From Hormiphora californensis (taxonomy: Eukaryota; Animalia; Ctenophora), in the NCBI GenBank assembly GCA_020137815.1, contig CM035352.1, forward strand, positions 248,001 to 312,000: a stretch of 64,000 nt of DNA, written 5' to 3'. Positions 47,701 through 60,843 of this stretch are shown piece after piece. A program made the translations under genes and the position numbers. Below the pieces are notes generated by a model. That model did no database searches, had not been told where the DNA came from, and worked only from the letters and a program-made list of their open reading frames with translations. Within the stretch, counting starts at the first letter, position 1. Every line of letters begins with the position of its first letter.

Positions 47701-50700
47701 GGCTGGTTTATCTCAAATTGTGTGAAAACTGTTATTCAAATTTTGGGACATAGTCAGGACCACTATCCAGCGGTCGTGCCCATGCAAGGAACAAAGGAGT
47801 GCTTGGATTATCTTGAAACCGGTTTTAACTAATGCATATAATCCAACATTGTAAAATTTTGAGGTATAATATAATTCTTTAGGTAGCACTGCTTGTACAA
47901 CTTATAACACCCCCCAGTGTTATAAGTGAAAACTTATAACACTGCTACACTTAGAACTCCTTACTCCACTGTTTCTGTCACACTTAAAAACCGTTAGAAA
48001 GATAAGCATTTACGAACTCCCTCTCTCTCTTTCTTTATGTCACACTCTCAAGCCGTTGCAACACCGAGATCAAGATAACAGTCACGAACTCCCAGACCCA
48101 CACATTCTTTATCTCTCTCTCACTCTCGCTAATCTCTCACTCTCTTTACCTATAGATCTCAGGCGTTATCTTATCTCTGCCTGCTACCTTATCATGAATT
48201 CGTTCTATTGTTACGCCCTAAAATGTCTCTCACTCTTGTTTTAAAAATTTTACAATGCAATTTTATTATGTAGGATTTTATTATGCCTATAAGTTGTACC
48301 TGACAACTTATAACACGAGACCGAAGGTCGAGTGTTATAAGTGCAACAATAATGATCCGAGACCACAGGTCGAGGCAGATTCTTGTACTTTAGTGCACGA
48401 GCCTGCGAGTGCCACTAAGTGTAACTACCTCACGAGCCTGCGAGTGATGTAGTTTTACTTTTTGACCGAGCCTGCGAGGTCTAAAAGTGTAAGAATCTGG
48501 GACATTGTTGTTGACGTCAGGTACAACGAAAATAGTCATAATAAAATTGCATTGTAAAATTTTTAAAACAAGAGTGAGAGACAGTTTGAGCGTAACAATA
48601 GAACGAATTCATGATAAGGTAGCAGGCAGAGATAAGATAACGCCTGAGATCTATAGGTAAAGAGAGTGAGAGATTAGCGAGAGTGAAAGAGAGATAAAGA
48701 ATCTGTGGGTCTGGGAGTTCGTGACTGTTATCTTGATATCGGTGTTGCAACGGCTTCAGAGTGTGACATAAAGAAAGAGAGAGGGAGTTCGTACACGCTT
48801 ATCTTTCCAACGGTTTTTAAGTATGACAGAAACAGTGGAGTAAGGAGTTCGAAGTGCAGCAGTGTTATGGGTTTTCATGTATCACTGGGGGGTGTTATAA
48901 GTGAAAACTTATAACACAAGTGAGAACTTATAACACTGGGCAGTGTTATAAGTTGTACAAGCAGTGATACCTAAAGATTTACAGCATGTCTCAAAATTTT
49001 ACAATGGCTATTTTCGTTGTACCTGACGTCAACAATAATGTCCCAGATTCTTAAACTTTTAGACCTCGCAGGCTCGGTCAAAAAGTAAAACTACATCACT
49101 CGCAGGCTCGTGAGGTAGTTACACTTAGTGGCACTCGCAGGCTCGTGCACTAAAGTACAAGAATCTGCCTCGACCTGTGGTCTCGGATCATTATTGTTGC
49201 ACTTATAACACTCGACCTTCGGTCTCGTGTTATAAGTTTTCAGGTACAACTTATAGCCATAATAAAATCCTACAGTGTACGTGTCTGTAGCTAAAGTCGA
49301 ATTTTTTTAATCAAAGGACAGGGGGCCGCACATTCAGAGAAGTCCGCTACGTTGTATTTGTGTGTGACAATCGAGATTTAGGTATATAATGCTACAAGGT
49401 CCAGTATAGAAATGAGTACCCAAATGCACTACACAGTACAAACCGCAACAGAAACAAACAACCAATAACCACGTGCAATCCCACCTCAATACCCCTCCCA
49501 AGCACAATCCGTGCCAAACCCTCTCATTTCACTTGATGGTCATAGTCACCTTCATTGCAAATTAAATATTGTCTCACTATCAACGAAAGGATTACTGAGA
49601 AGGCATTGAAGAATTCTCTTAAGTCTTGGATGGTTTTCCAAGCCTAGAGCTAACTTTTGACACCCATGGTTTTACCCCAAGTTTTAAAAAATAGTTCGGT
49701 TTTTGTTATGATCAGCAAAATTTCAAATGCTGATTACACCATGATGAAAACAGTTTGTGAAAAAGTAACAACTGTTTAGAGGTCGTGTCGAGGCTCTAAA
49801 CAGATGTAACAAAAACTGGAACAATTGGGAGAGGTCGATGTAGTTATCGACTCTACTATTAGGAGAGCGGAGATTGTCACCATTTATTTTGCGCTTTCCA
49901 GAGCAGTGATTAACAAGATTTACCTGTATTTCAGGCTCAGAAGAAAGAAGAGTGACGAGGGGAGGTGCGAGTTTCTTTTGCAACATCTGTACAAACTCGG
50001 TGTTTTTAATGAGATCCATCATTTTCATGAGTACCTTCACCGCGCTAAGGACAACTGCAGCGTTGGCATGAGCTAGGCGGGGCGTTATCCTCTCACAAAT
50101 GCTGAGATAATGGCGGTTAAACGGGGCTGGGGCGATATCGGACTGGGGAAATATTTGCAACAAGCTAATTTCTTCGCCAATTTGTCCCTGATAGTTCCCA
50201 GAATGGTGGAAAGCTTTGCCTGCGGTGGAACATAGCTATTTTTGGGTGAGCGTGTATTTGCTATCTTTGGTAACGAAGTTATCTCGCCCTTGCCGGTGCA
50301 CCCTACGAAGGTCGCGAAGCGGCGAAGATCTTCGATACCAATTTCAATCTGCGGTGGAACATAGCCATTTCTGGGTGAGCGTGTATTTTCTTGCCTAGCT
50401 AGACTCTGTTTCGTGTGCCCCGCCCGCAAACACACCTTCTTTACAAATGTAAAGGTTCCGGGTTAGAACATAACAAGTATTTTCAATATAATGTGGCAAA
50501 TATCGTAACTGCTGAGGGGAAATCTCTATAAATATAATGGGACTCATTGGTGAAGGAATTAGCTTGTTACTTTACTGAAAAAGGAGAAAGTACTACGCTA
50601 TGAGAAAAACAACAGGAAGGGATTGTGACACGGCTGGCCACACAGGGCTCCCTCACTGTTCCTGCACCTGATGCATTCCTTTTCGTCTCTTGGTCCATAG

Positions 50701-53700
50701 TTGTTGAGCGAGTCTAGTATGAAGATCTGTCCCCACTCCGTGCACTCGTTAAGGGCAGTCAGCAGTTTGTTAACCGTAGGAGTATCAATGTTAACCTGTT
50801 GTGCAAAGATTTATGAATACACATACGGTGTGATTTTAAATGAGTGAGGCTGGTTTATCTCAAATTGTGTGAAAACTGTTATTCAAATTTTGGGACATAG
50901 TCAGGACCACTATCCAGCGGTCGTGCCCATGCAAGGAACGAAGGAGTGCTTGGATTATCTTGAAACCGGTTTTAACTAATGCATATAATCCAACATTGTA
51001 AAATTTTGAGGTATAATATAATTCTTTAGGTAGCACTGCTTGTACAACTTATAACACCCCCCAGTGTTATAAGTGATAACTTATAACACTGCTACACTTA
51101 GAACTCCTTACTCCACTGTTTCTGTCACACTTAAAAACCGTTAGAAAGATAAGCATTTACGAACTCCCTCTCTCTCTTTCTTTATGTCACACTCTCAAGC
51201 CGTTGCAACACCGAGATCAAGATAACAGTCACGAACTCCCAGACCCACACATTCTTTATCTCTCTCTCACTCTCGCTAATCTCTCACTCTCTTTACCTAT
51301 AGATCTCAGGCGTTATCTTATCTCTGCCTGCTACCTTATCATGAATTCGTTCTATTGTTACGCCCTAAACTGTCTCTCACTCTTGTTTTAAAAATTTTAC
51401 AATGCAATTTTATTATGGCTATTTTCGTTGTACCTGACGTCAATAATAATGTCCCAGATTCTTACACTTTTAGACCTCGCAGGCTCGGTCAAAAAGTAAA
51501 ACTACATCACTCGCAGGCTCGTGAGGTAGTTACACTTAGTGGCACTCGCAGGCTCGTGCACTAAAGTACAAGAATCTGCCTCGACCTGTGGTCTCGGATC
51601 ATTATTGTTGCACTTATAACACTCGACCTTCGGTCTCGTGTTATAAGTTTTCAGGTACAACTTATAGCCATAATAAAATCCTACAGTGTACGTGTCTGTA
51701 GCTAAAGTCGAATTTTTTAATCAAAGGACAGGGGGCCGCACATTCAGAGAAGTCCGCTACGTTGTATTTGTGCGTGACAATCGAGATTTAGGTATATAAT
51801 GCTCACAACAGCGTCTATCAGGAAATGGAGCTGACCCATAACTTGGCACTGATCACAGTTTTACAAACCTTCATTATTTAGCATTGATTACCTGTTTTGC
51901 AGCATTAGGATTAGTCTCCAAGATCTCTGTGATTGCAGCCACAGCATTAGCAACTACCATTGGGTTGGTGTCACATAACAGCTCTCCAAGCATTTCTAGA
52001 AATCCTGCACAAAAAACAAATGAAAGATGATGCTAGTCGTGGATAATATCAATTTAGTGTCATGGATCACCTTTCTACCAAATCTAAATTCTTATCACTG
52101 TGATGGCAAGCGCAAAGGTAACCCCAGCTGCGCATGCCAGAAAGCAGTAATAACTTTTTGAGTTTTTAGCCAAAAATGGCATTTTGCGACGCCCATAGCG
52201 AGGCCCCCACTCACCGATCGGTGTGAATTTTGGTATACGGTATCCCATAATCTAGATCTACTGTACACATACCTGGTGTAACTCGGGGGTAGGAAAGTTT
52301 TGGATAGGGTAACTGTGCACCAAGTGTAATGTGTATCAGAACCCCCTGTTTTTTGAGGTTAACTTTTGCTCTTATTTGGTTGTTAAATCCAGATTTTAAT
52401 AGTGTATGTCATAAGTAAGGAAGGTGTTATAATTTAGGTATACCGCTCTGACGCCGAGCAGTGTCAGTCAAAATTCAGTTTGCTGGCCCTGTTTTGCCTG
52501 GGCGGTATACAAAAACTTATATTATTATTATTATTATTATTATAGCGTTTTATAACGTTTTTTGAACTTTTTTAAAACTTTTTAAAACTATATTTATCAA
52601 ATTTGAAAATATTTTTATCGAAAAAATCTCTCCAGAAAATGGCAGTAGGGGTGGATACAGAAATTGCTATGTATGGACATACACGGTAGATTATGGCAAA
52701 AAATGTACAGGAAACAAATACAGTCAATAGGCGTCCGGAAGGATGAAAATTTAATAGAAAAGTGGGCAGGTCAGAAGAATCTCGACACGCTATTACAGTA
52801 CTGTAATAACTCACTATTACAGTACTGTAATAGCGATCAGGCCCTGTAATAGCGGAACAAGGTGAACTGATTGGAGGGTACTGCTGTATTACAGAGCATC
52901 TCTATTACAGTACTGTAATAGCGAGTTATTACAGGGGCCGCTATTACAGGGCCTGATCGCTATTACAGTACTGTAATAGTGACGCTACTAAAATATAGTT
53001 CGACGCGACGCGACGCGCAATCGATGAACGATCGATAAACGATCGATATCGATCGTTCATCGATCGTTCATCGATCGCGCGTTGCGTCGCGTCGAACTAT
53101 ATTTTATTAGGTCGGAAGAATCTCGACAGGTCGGAAGAATCTCGACACGCTATTACAGTACTGTAATAACTCGAGTTATTACAGTACTGTAATAGCGTGT
53201 CGAGATTCTTCCGACCTGCCGAAAAGTGTCAAGATGAATGCTGAAAAAAACATAAAAAGTAGGGCTAAAAAACCTAAAAAAACCTAAAAAAGCCAACATA
53301 AAAAAGCCATAGACCAAAATCAGGATACCTTTAGCTTTTTTTAGGGCTGGACCCCCCTGCTTCCTATGCTATGCCCCCTTTAGGCGCCCTGGTGGGCGGT
53401 GGTACATACAAGTTTTTGGGGACAGTGGCCTCCGGCTGGAGCCAGTCCTGGACGGGTTACCTTGATCCTCGACACGAGATGGAGAAATGTCATGGAGTTT
53501 AGCAACACACACCGCAGCTGTTTTCCTAACATATGGGTCATCATCCTTGAGGCACTTTCTAAGTGGTTCGCACAGATACTCAGTAATTTTATCAACACGG
53601 ATACAACCCATTGTACGAACAGCTAAGGCTCTTATCAATGGATTGGGATCCTCACAGTCCTGTAGAAATTAAAAATGAGAGAGGGGGTCTCGGTCGAAAA

Positions 53701-56700
53701 GTCGGAACACTTTTACCGATTTAGTTTAAAGTTAATCTTTTGCTTGGTTGAGTAGTATTATCTACCCGAAATTGTCTCTAAATTCGGAATATAATATGAA
53801 AATTAGAACCTTATAGCTCATTTCGGCTTGGCCTCAAAGTGTGTGGATAATTTGTGTGTGGATAACGGTGCTCATCTTAAGTGGATATAATGGTACAGTT
53901 CTGAAAATTGTGGATAATTCTGTATTATATTCTTACACGTATTTTGACACTACAAAGAAAGAAAAAAAGCTATACCAATATGGACAGTTATCCATTTTCT
54001 ATCATAAAGCGACTCAACTGGGAATCAAAGGCATCGCCAATCATAGTAGAGTCGATAACTACATCGACCCCTCCCAATTGTTCCAGTTTTTGTTACATCT
54101 GTTTGGAGCCTCGACACGACCTCTAAACAGGTGTTACTTTTTCACAACCTGTTTTGATCGTGGTGTAATCAGCATTTGAAATGTTGCTGATCATAACAAA
54201 AACCGAACTATTTTTTTAAACTTGGGGTAAAACCATGGGTGTCAAAAGTTAGCTCTAGGTCTCCTGAGTAACCATCCGGAGACTCTAAGAGATATTTCAA
54301 GCCGTTCTCCTGTTATCATTAATCCCGGTGGCGGGTGGAGCACATATTATTTATGTGGAGGTACGTGCAATTGCCTACTATCCATAACTTTAATTTATAC
54401 GTTATTGTAGCAATCTCTCCTCGCGTGCTCTCTTTTGTAACTTTAGAACGGGGAAAGGGGGATCTTTAGAAAAGAGAGCACGCGAGAGAGATTAATACAA
54501 TAACGTATAAATTAAAGTTATGGATAGTAGGCAATTGCATGTACCTCCACATTAATAATATGTGCTCCACCGGGATTAATGATAACAGGAGAACGGCTTG
54601 AAATATCTCTTAGAGTCTCCGGATGGTTACTCAGGAGACCTAGAGCTAACTTTTGACACCCATGGTTTTACGCCAAGTTTAAAAAAATAGTTCGGTTTTT
54701 GTTATGATCAGCAACATTTCAAATGCTGATTACACCACGATCAAAACATGTTGTGAAAAAGTAACACCTGTTTAGAGGTCGTGTCGAGGCTCCAAACAGA
54801 TGTAACAAAAACTGGAACAATTGGGAGGGGTCGATGTAGTTATCGACTCTACTATCAATTTGGCACAGTTTGAACTAATTACTAAGTTACTACTCCCGCG
54901 AGGGTGATTCGCTACACTATTATATAATACTGCCCGACCTGCGAAGCAGGGAGGGTGGTATCTCTATTATATAAGTTGGAGATGAACGTCGAAGTGGCCG
55001 TTCGTTCAGTGCGTTGTTAGGAGACGGTGCTCCTTCATAAAGCACTTTATACGACCAAAGCTGTAAAGCTGCTGTTCACACTTTTGGAACTTCCAATGGA
55101 AGTTTCTTAATATTTCGAATGACTTTTAACATGCCAGTCCCCATATTTACCAATTCAGTTGCCATGGCAACCGTGTTATTGACGTTGAAAGGGGCGAAAA
55201 GAACCACCCGGCGAAGCCGGGTGGGTTGTCAAATAAAAAGCCCTTACTTGAGGTGCACCCAATGGGTGTGCTAGTCGTTCGTTCAGTGCGTTTCTACGCG
55301 ACAGTACTCCTTCATAAAACACTTTGTACACCAAAAGCTGTAAAGCTGTTACTCACACTTTTGGAACTTCCAGCGAAGTTTGTTAATATTTTCGAATGAC
55401 TTTTAACATGCCAGTCCTTAGTTACCAATTAAGTTGCCATGGCAACCGTGTTATTGACGTTGAAAGGGGCAAAAAGAACCACCCGGCGAAGCCGGGTGGG
55501 TTATCAAAAAGCCCTTACTTGAGGCGCACCCAATGGGTGCGCTAGTATGGTATAAAACCCGACCAAAGTGATTTTCAGATTTTCACCCACTGATATTAAA
55601 AAAGCTAATACCACTTCTAGGAGGTCCTATTAGGTCCCTAGAACCACCGAAAACAAGAATATTTGCACTATTTATCCATAGTGCTGTGTTCCCCTGCCTC
55701 CAACTTCAGAGGTTAATGTTTTCTGACCAGATCTAATTAGCTGATGAGAATACTGAAACTTGAGCCAGCCTATTTGCTACAGTGTAGGTCCATGAACAAG
55801 ATTAATTGCATTATATGTTCTAACATAATGCTGAATTTCCCTGCCGTATGAATCTATACGGAGAAAGGAAATTATGACTAGAATCGCTGTAGCAGCAAGC
55901 GGGACACAAAATCACGATCATTTATATATCACACAAACAGTACAGAGCAAATCCTTGTGTTTTAGTAGCACTAAATTGCACGCCACGCCGCCACATTGCG
56001 TGCCACACATTTCCTGAAAACGTGCCAATGAAGTGGTTTATGAAGAAGCAGCTCGTAACTGTGTGCGCGGCTCTAGTTGCTACACCGCTGCCCCTCGCAA
56101 CAAAAGTGTGACCAACAAGAATCATTGCATTATGTATTCATAATGCTGTGTTTCCCTGCCCTCCCATTTCACGTGTCACTGTCAACAGGATCAAGGCTTG
56201 GTCAAAATGTAATGTGAGATGCATACGATCTAGCTGTCAGTATACTTCTCACATAGCTTAGTTTACTCACATGACACTTGCTAACCAGCTTTTGACATTC
56301 CAACTTAACTACTTATCTAACCTCTCACACTCGACTCGCAAGATGACAATGTGTATGTAACACGCGAAACACGTGGCAACGCTATTCATGTTTTGTTGAG
56401 TGGCGTGCGCATTAGGGTGTGCTAAGTGAAAATTTTGTCGACTTGGCCAATAAGTTAAGGGTAGATATGAAACTATGGACAATTGTCTACTACATCCTGA
56501 AATCGGAATTGGGGTAGTGTATGTCAATTACGTGGGCCAGGCGATTAAAAAAGTTTACTTTTTTACCGAAAAAAGTAAAATATTTGTGTTTTACACCAGT
56601 GTTTGGCATGTTCTTGATATCAACTTTTTATGGTCATGGTCGTGTTCAGCGGTTTGATACCGATCAGAATGGATGTGTATCATGAAAGTTAGCCAAAGTT

Positions 56701-58084
56701 CATTTTTGGCCTGAACATGTTCATTTTGGACCAAAAATGTTCATTTTTGACTAAAAATTTTAATTTTGGCCATTTTCTTCAATTTTGAGAGCTTTTTCAT
56801 GAACGGGATCGTGTTCGGCAGGTCAAAATTAGTCGGTTACAACCGGAATTTGCTTTCCGACAAATAAAATCTCAAAAAGTTAAAATTCGTCTCCACTAAT
56901 ACTGCAAAGTAGGAAAATGTGCAAGAAAAAAAGATGAAAAAAAAATTTTTTTTCATTATAAAATGGAATTCTGAAGGTGCATACTGGAAATAATGGTTGT
57001 ACTGGTTCTCATGAGGCGATTCATATGTGTGGTTTTTTCGAAATAACGCCCCAAAAAACATTTTTTGATATGAATATGCCCATATATGGGCATACATCGG
57101 CCCACGTAATTGGGCCAGGGTAGGACTAAAATTTTTTTACCAAATGTTTTAGAATGATCGTAGGAACTCATTCTAGGGGTAAACTTTGTGAAAATTGGAT
57201 TTGATTTATGAGTTGGGAAAAATAGCACACCCGCATACACGTCCATCAAACTGTGTCATTGTAAGTTTTGATAAAGGAGCAGCTTGTTGTTGTGCGCGCG
57301 GCTCAGTTGCTACGCTAAGTACACCGGGTGGTACCGGGTTGCCCCTCGCAACGAAAGTGTGACCAAAATGGTCCCTCTACCGATTAGTTAGTATACCAAA
57401 ATATCGTTTTCGAATTCTAACCTTGCTATGCCTTTTTACAAGGTAAAAAGGCATCCACCCGGGCAGGGAAAAAATGTCCCTCTACCGGTTAGTTAGTATA
57501 CCATTTTCGAATTCTAACCCTGCTATGCCTTTTTGCAAAGCAAAGCACCTGGGCAGGGAAAAAATTAACATACACGAGCATTATTATCAGAATGATAAAA
57601 AATATCGGTGCCTCTCCATCAGCGACGCTCCAGCTTTAAATATTTCACCTTGACAAAGGTGTTGACGGCAAGAATCGCTAAATCCGGCTGGGTCTTTGCA
57701 TAGTTGATTAGATAAAGATAAACCAGTTTCTTAAGTTCTAGATTATCCGTCTGCATGCACTTGGTTACATCAGTAAAGAGGCTGCTAACATCCTTCCCAA
57801 CTGTCATGCTAGCAATAACCTAGGGAAATACTTCATTATAAGTATATATACAGACAACTTTAGGGTGATCCATACACATTACACACTGCCCCTCTTGAAA
57901 TCCGCTCAGAGCATCATTCTACTAATAGTATTTGTCGATAAATCCATTTAAACCTAATGATACTGATTAGACGGACCTTTTTTACAGCTTCCTTTTTCTT
58001 ATCTTTCTTGTCACTGTTTAGCTCACTTTGTAATTCAAATATCTCGCCCTTCTTCTGCGTGTTGAAGTACTTGCTGTCTGACAT
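32531..58084 (-). CDS. AP1B1: AP-1/AP-2 adaptor complex subunit beta (beta-adaptin), 16 coding exons, ~926 aa
   Basis: Manual splicing with GT-AG sites and consistent phases. Exons: 57977-58084, 57649-57819, 53461-53659, 51892-52004, 50668-50795 (dup 47521-47648), 49924-50101 (dup 46777-46954), 43392-43553, 43109-43294, 42227-42418, 41977-42156, 40429-40622, 35911-36109, 35186-35386, 34884-35089, 33123-33256, 32531-32760; total 2781 nt. Peptides match metazoan beta-adaptin ([70 protein letters not shown]), with a hinge clathrin box LLSLD and an appendage domain. Invertebrates usually have one beta1/2 gene, so AP1B1 vs AP2B1 cannot be resolved. Confidence 0.96.
32930..33091. mobile_element. 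Tc1/pogo-like MITE in beta-adaptin intron 15
   Basis: TA TSD, same TIR. Confidence 0.88.
33123..33256 (-). CDS. AP1B1: beta-adaptin exon 15 (VLFVEDG...[13 protein letters not shown])
   Basis: ttttcttag acceptor, gtaaga donor, 134 nt. Confidence 0.92.
33795..34470 (+). mobile_element. 5'-truncated Penelope-like element: intact GIY-YIG endonuclease frame (33811-34323) plus 3' end
   Basis: [46 protein letters not shown]. Confidence 0.9.
34373..34414 (+). ncRNA. minimal type I hammerhead ribozyme
   Basis: ttttt-CTGACGA-ttgc(gaaa)gcat-GAAA-ctatta-GTA-aaaaa, 50 nt after the GIY-YIG stop codon. Confidence 0.8.
34884..35089 (-). CDS. AP1B1: beta-adaptin exon 14 ([13 protein letters not shown]...[14 protein letters not shown])
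   Basis: tttttcag acceptor, gtaagt donor, 206 nt. Confidence 0.93.
35186..35386 (-). CDS. AP1B1: beta-adaptin exon 13 ([14 protein letters not shown])
   Basis: tatttcag acceptor, gtacat donor, 201 nt. Confidence 0.9.
35563..35734. mobile_element. Tc1/pogo-like MITE in beta-adaptin intron 12
   Basis: TA TSD, same TIR. Confidence 0.88.
35911..36109 (-). CDS. AP1B1: beta-adaptin exon 12 (hinge with clathrin box LLSLD and DLL motifs)
   Basis: ttctactag acceptor, gtaagt donor, 199 nt, phase consistent. Confidence 0.88.
36948..37538. mobile_element. TIR element carrying a tRNA-Ser-like module, inserted in the Penelope RT
   Basis: 8-bp TSD taccgcga, TIR CCCAGTGCAAAGAT. Confidence 0.9.
37132..37211 (-). 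pseudogene. tRNA-Ser-derived pseudogene inside a TIR element
   Basis: GTGGTCGAGTGGTTAAGGCGA A box, CTTGA loop, long variable region, GGTTCGAATCCC B box, T9 terminator. Confidence 0.75.
38651..38691 (+). ncRNA. minimal type I hammerhead ribozyme
   Basis: ttaca-CTGATGA-gatc(gcaa)gatc-GAAA-cattt-GTT-tgtaa, just downstream of the GIY-YIG region. Confidence 0.85.
40429..40622 (-). CDS. AP1B1: beta-adaptin exon 11 ([39 protein letters not shown])
   Basis: cccacag acceptor, gtaagt donor, 194 nt. Confidence 0.95.
40815..41810. mobile_element. Academ-like foldback element
   Basis: TAG...CTA ends, 3-bp TSD ttg, ~300-bp arms. Confidence 0.75.
41977..42156 (-). CDS. AP1B1: beta-adaptin exon 10 ([17 protein letters not shown]...[17 protein letters not shown])
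   Basis: ataccag acceptor, gtatag donor, 180 nt. Confidence 0.95.
42227..42418 (-). CDS. AP1B1: beta-adaptin exon 9 ([11 protein letters not shown]...[15 protein letters not shown])
   Basis: catttcag acceptor, gttagt donor, 192 nt. Confidence 0.95.
43109..43294 (-). CDS. AP1B1: beta-adaptin exon 8 ([30 protein letters not shown]...)
   Basis: ctaacag acceptor, gtatta donor, 186 nt. Confidence 0.95.
43392..43553 (-). CDS. AP1B1: beta-adaptin exon 7 ([15 protein letters not shown]...[13 protein letters not shown])
   Basis: ttcttcag acceptor, gtacta donor, 162 nt. Confidence 0.95.
44733..45923 (+). mobile_element. two head-to-tail non-autonomous Helitron-like units (44733-45333, 45334-45923)
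   Basis: 5' TC, 3' CTAG, A|T target, no TSD, GC hairpin ggtgccgcgaagcggcgcc. Confidence 0.75.
45972..46417 (-). mobile_element. Helitron-like unit (family of 62560-64000)
   Basis: TCCTTATTATAA...GGGCTTTCTAG at an A|T site. Confidence 0.75.
46777..46954 (-). CDS. AP1B1: beta-adaptin exon 6, duplicate copy b
   Basis: Appears identical to 49924-50101 (offset 3147 nt), splice sites intact. Confidence 0.75.
47521..47648 (-). CDS. AP1B1: beta-adaptin exon 5, duplicate copy b
   Basis: Appears identical to 50668-50795 (offset 3147 nt), splice sites intact. Confidence 0.75.
49924..50101 (-). CDS. AP1B1: beta-adaptin exon 6, copy a ([23 protein letters not shown]...SEPEIQ)
   Basis: tatctcag acceptor, gtaaat donor, 178 nt. 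Confidence 0.9.
50668..50795 (-). CDS. AP1B1: beta-adaptin exon 5, copy a ([22 protein letters not shown])
   Basis: cacaacag acceptor, gtgcag donor, 128 nt. Confidence 0.9.
51892..52004 (-). CDS. AP1B1: beta-adaptin exon 4 ([24 protein letters not shown]...)
   Basis: tttgtgcag acceptor, gtaatc donor, 113 nt. Confidence 0.93.
52765..53220. mobile_element. MITE built from palindromic ctattacagtactgtaatag repeats
   Basis: 8-bp TSD gaaaagtg, TIR GGCAGGTC.GAAGAATCTCGACACGC. Confidence 0.85.
53461..53659 (-). CDS. AP1B1: beta-adaptin exon 3 ([22 protein letters not shown]...VEDQG)
   Basis: ttctacag acceptor, gtaacc donor, 199 nt. Confidence 0.95.
54044..54854. mobile_element. Academ-like foldback element (same family as 44283-46711)
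   Basis: 3-bp TSD tca, near-perfect ~390-bp arms. Confidence 0.85.
54961..55545 (+). mobile_element. Helitron-like element with duplicated 3' part
   Basis: TC start; hairpins ccacccggcgaagccgggtgg and gcacccaatgggtg; CTAG ends at 55274 and 55545. Confidence 0.78.
57649..57819 (-). CDS. AP1B1: beta-adaptin exon 2 ([15 protein letters not shown]...AVNTFVK)
   Basis: ttccctag acceptor, gtgaaa donor, 171 nt. Confidence 0.95.
57977..58084 (-). CDS. AP1B1: beta-adaptin coding exon 1 ([36 protein letters not shown])
   Basis: ATG at 58084; donor AAG|gtccgt; 108 nt. Confidence 0.93.
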
Positions 58085-58515
58085 TTTACCTGAAACGATA
58101 AATGGTTATAGGATCTGATCCGTGAATTGATCTATGTAGATAAATACATTCGGACCCCTATTTACCGGGATGCTCGGGGAAAGTGGTGGTCGGTGTGCCG
58201 GGGCCCGATTGTGTAATACAATCGGACCCCGATATACCGGACACCCTAACTAGTGGATGCAATTCAGCCTTTAGAGATCTCTATCTCTATCTCTATCTCT
58301 ATCTCTATCTCTCTTTCTCACATCACGCACGTCGCACAGTGCCCTGTGCCTGATCAGTGATGGGTAGTTTGTGAGATCTGATCCTGAGTGGGATGTGATC
58401 TGATCGTAGAGGGATGATCTGGTCCCTGGTAAGAAGATGTGATATGATCTGATGATGGATATGTTGGCATAAGCAACATGTATTAGGTGGATCATGTTTC
58501 GAATTATACATATAT

Positions 58516-60075
<1,560 letters not shown>

Positions 60076-60843
60076 CATATATATGTAGTAAGTAGAAATG
60101 AAACACGCGTAAATCTCTTTGTTTCATTTCTACTAATACAGCTCCCGTGACAAGGTTGAGCACTTTCGGTGGCAAGCGCAACTTCATACTATATATGTAG
60201 TAAGATACTAAATTAATATCACATCCAGCCGTACACAGTGCTTTCCTCATTTCACAGCGTCATAGAAAAGATAACTTCTGAACAACTAATTTTATATTTA
60301 GACTGCCATGCAATGTTACTACGTTAGCTAAAGCAAAGCACCGCCAATACAGGGTGTATATTAGGGGGGGGGGGGGGCTGCTACAAGAATCTCACGCCTC
60401 ACTGGCGATTTTCAGGGTAGCTGAGAGTTTTGAGATTTTCGATTTTCGGTCAAAAAGCGTGAGATTAATGAGTTTTTTCGGGCAAAAATCGCAAATTTTT
60501 CTCAAAAATCTCTTAGAAAGGAAGAATTTCCATCCTAAAATTTGGGATAGAAACAATCCTTGTGTTTTTACAAAAATCAAAATTCTGAATAGAAACTTTC
60601 CTTGTGTTCTAATACAAAAGCTAAAATACAACATTGACCTAATTAAGTTACTAAATTAATAGTATTGTCTGGTTTAAGCTAAAAAATATAACGAAAGACT
60701 GAGTATTGGCATTCAAAATATGTGTTTATGAAATCGACCGGGGTTCACGTTTTGAAAAATTCACAAATGCAAAGTTAGTTGTCCGGATCACATTACATCC
60801 CTCGTAGTAATCAAGTGATACTATTGCACTGTATCAAGTAATA

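Larger units (their letters stand above)
46250..51803. repeat. ~3.1-kb tandem segmental duplication containing beta-adaptin exons 5-6
   Basis: 46495-49393 vs 49642-51803 are near-identical except for a ~740-bp insert in the first copy; the junction at 49394-49641 is degraded. Confidence 0.92.
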
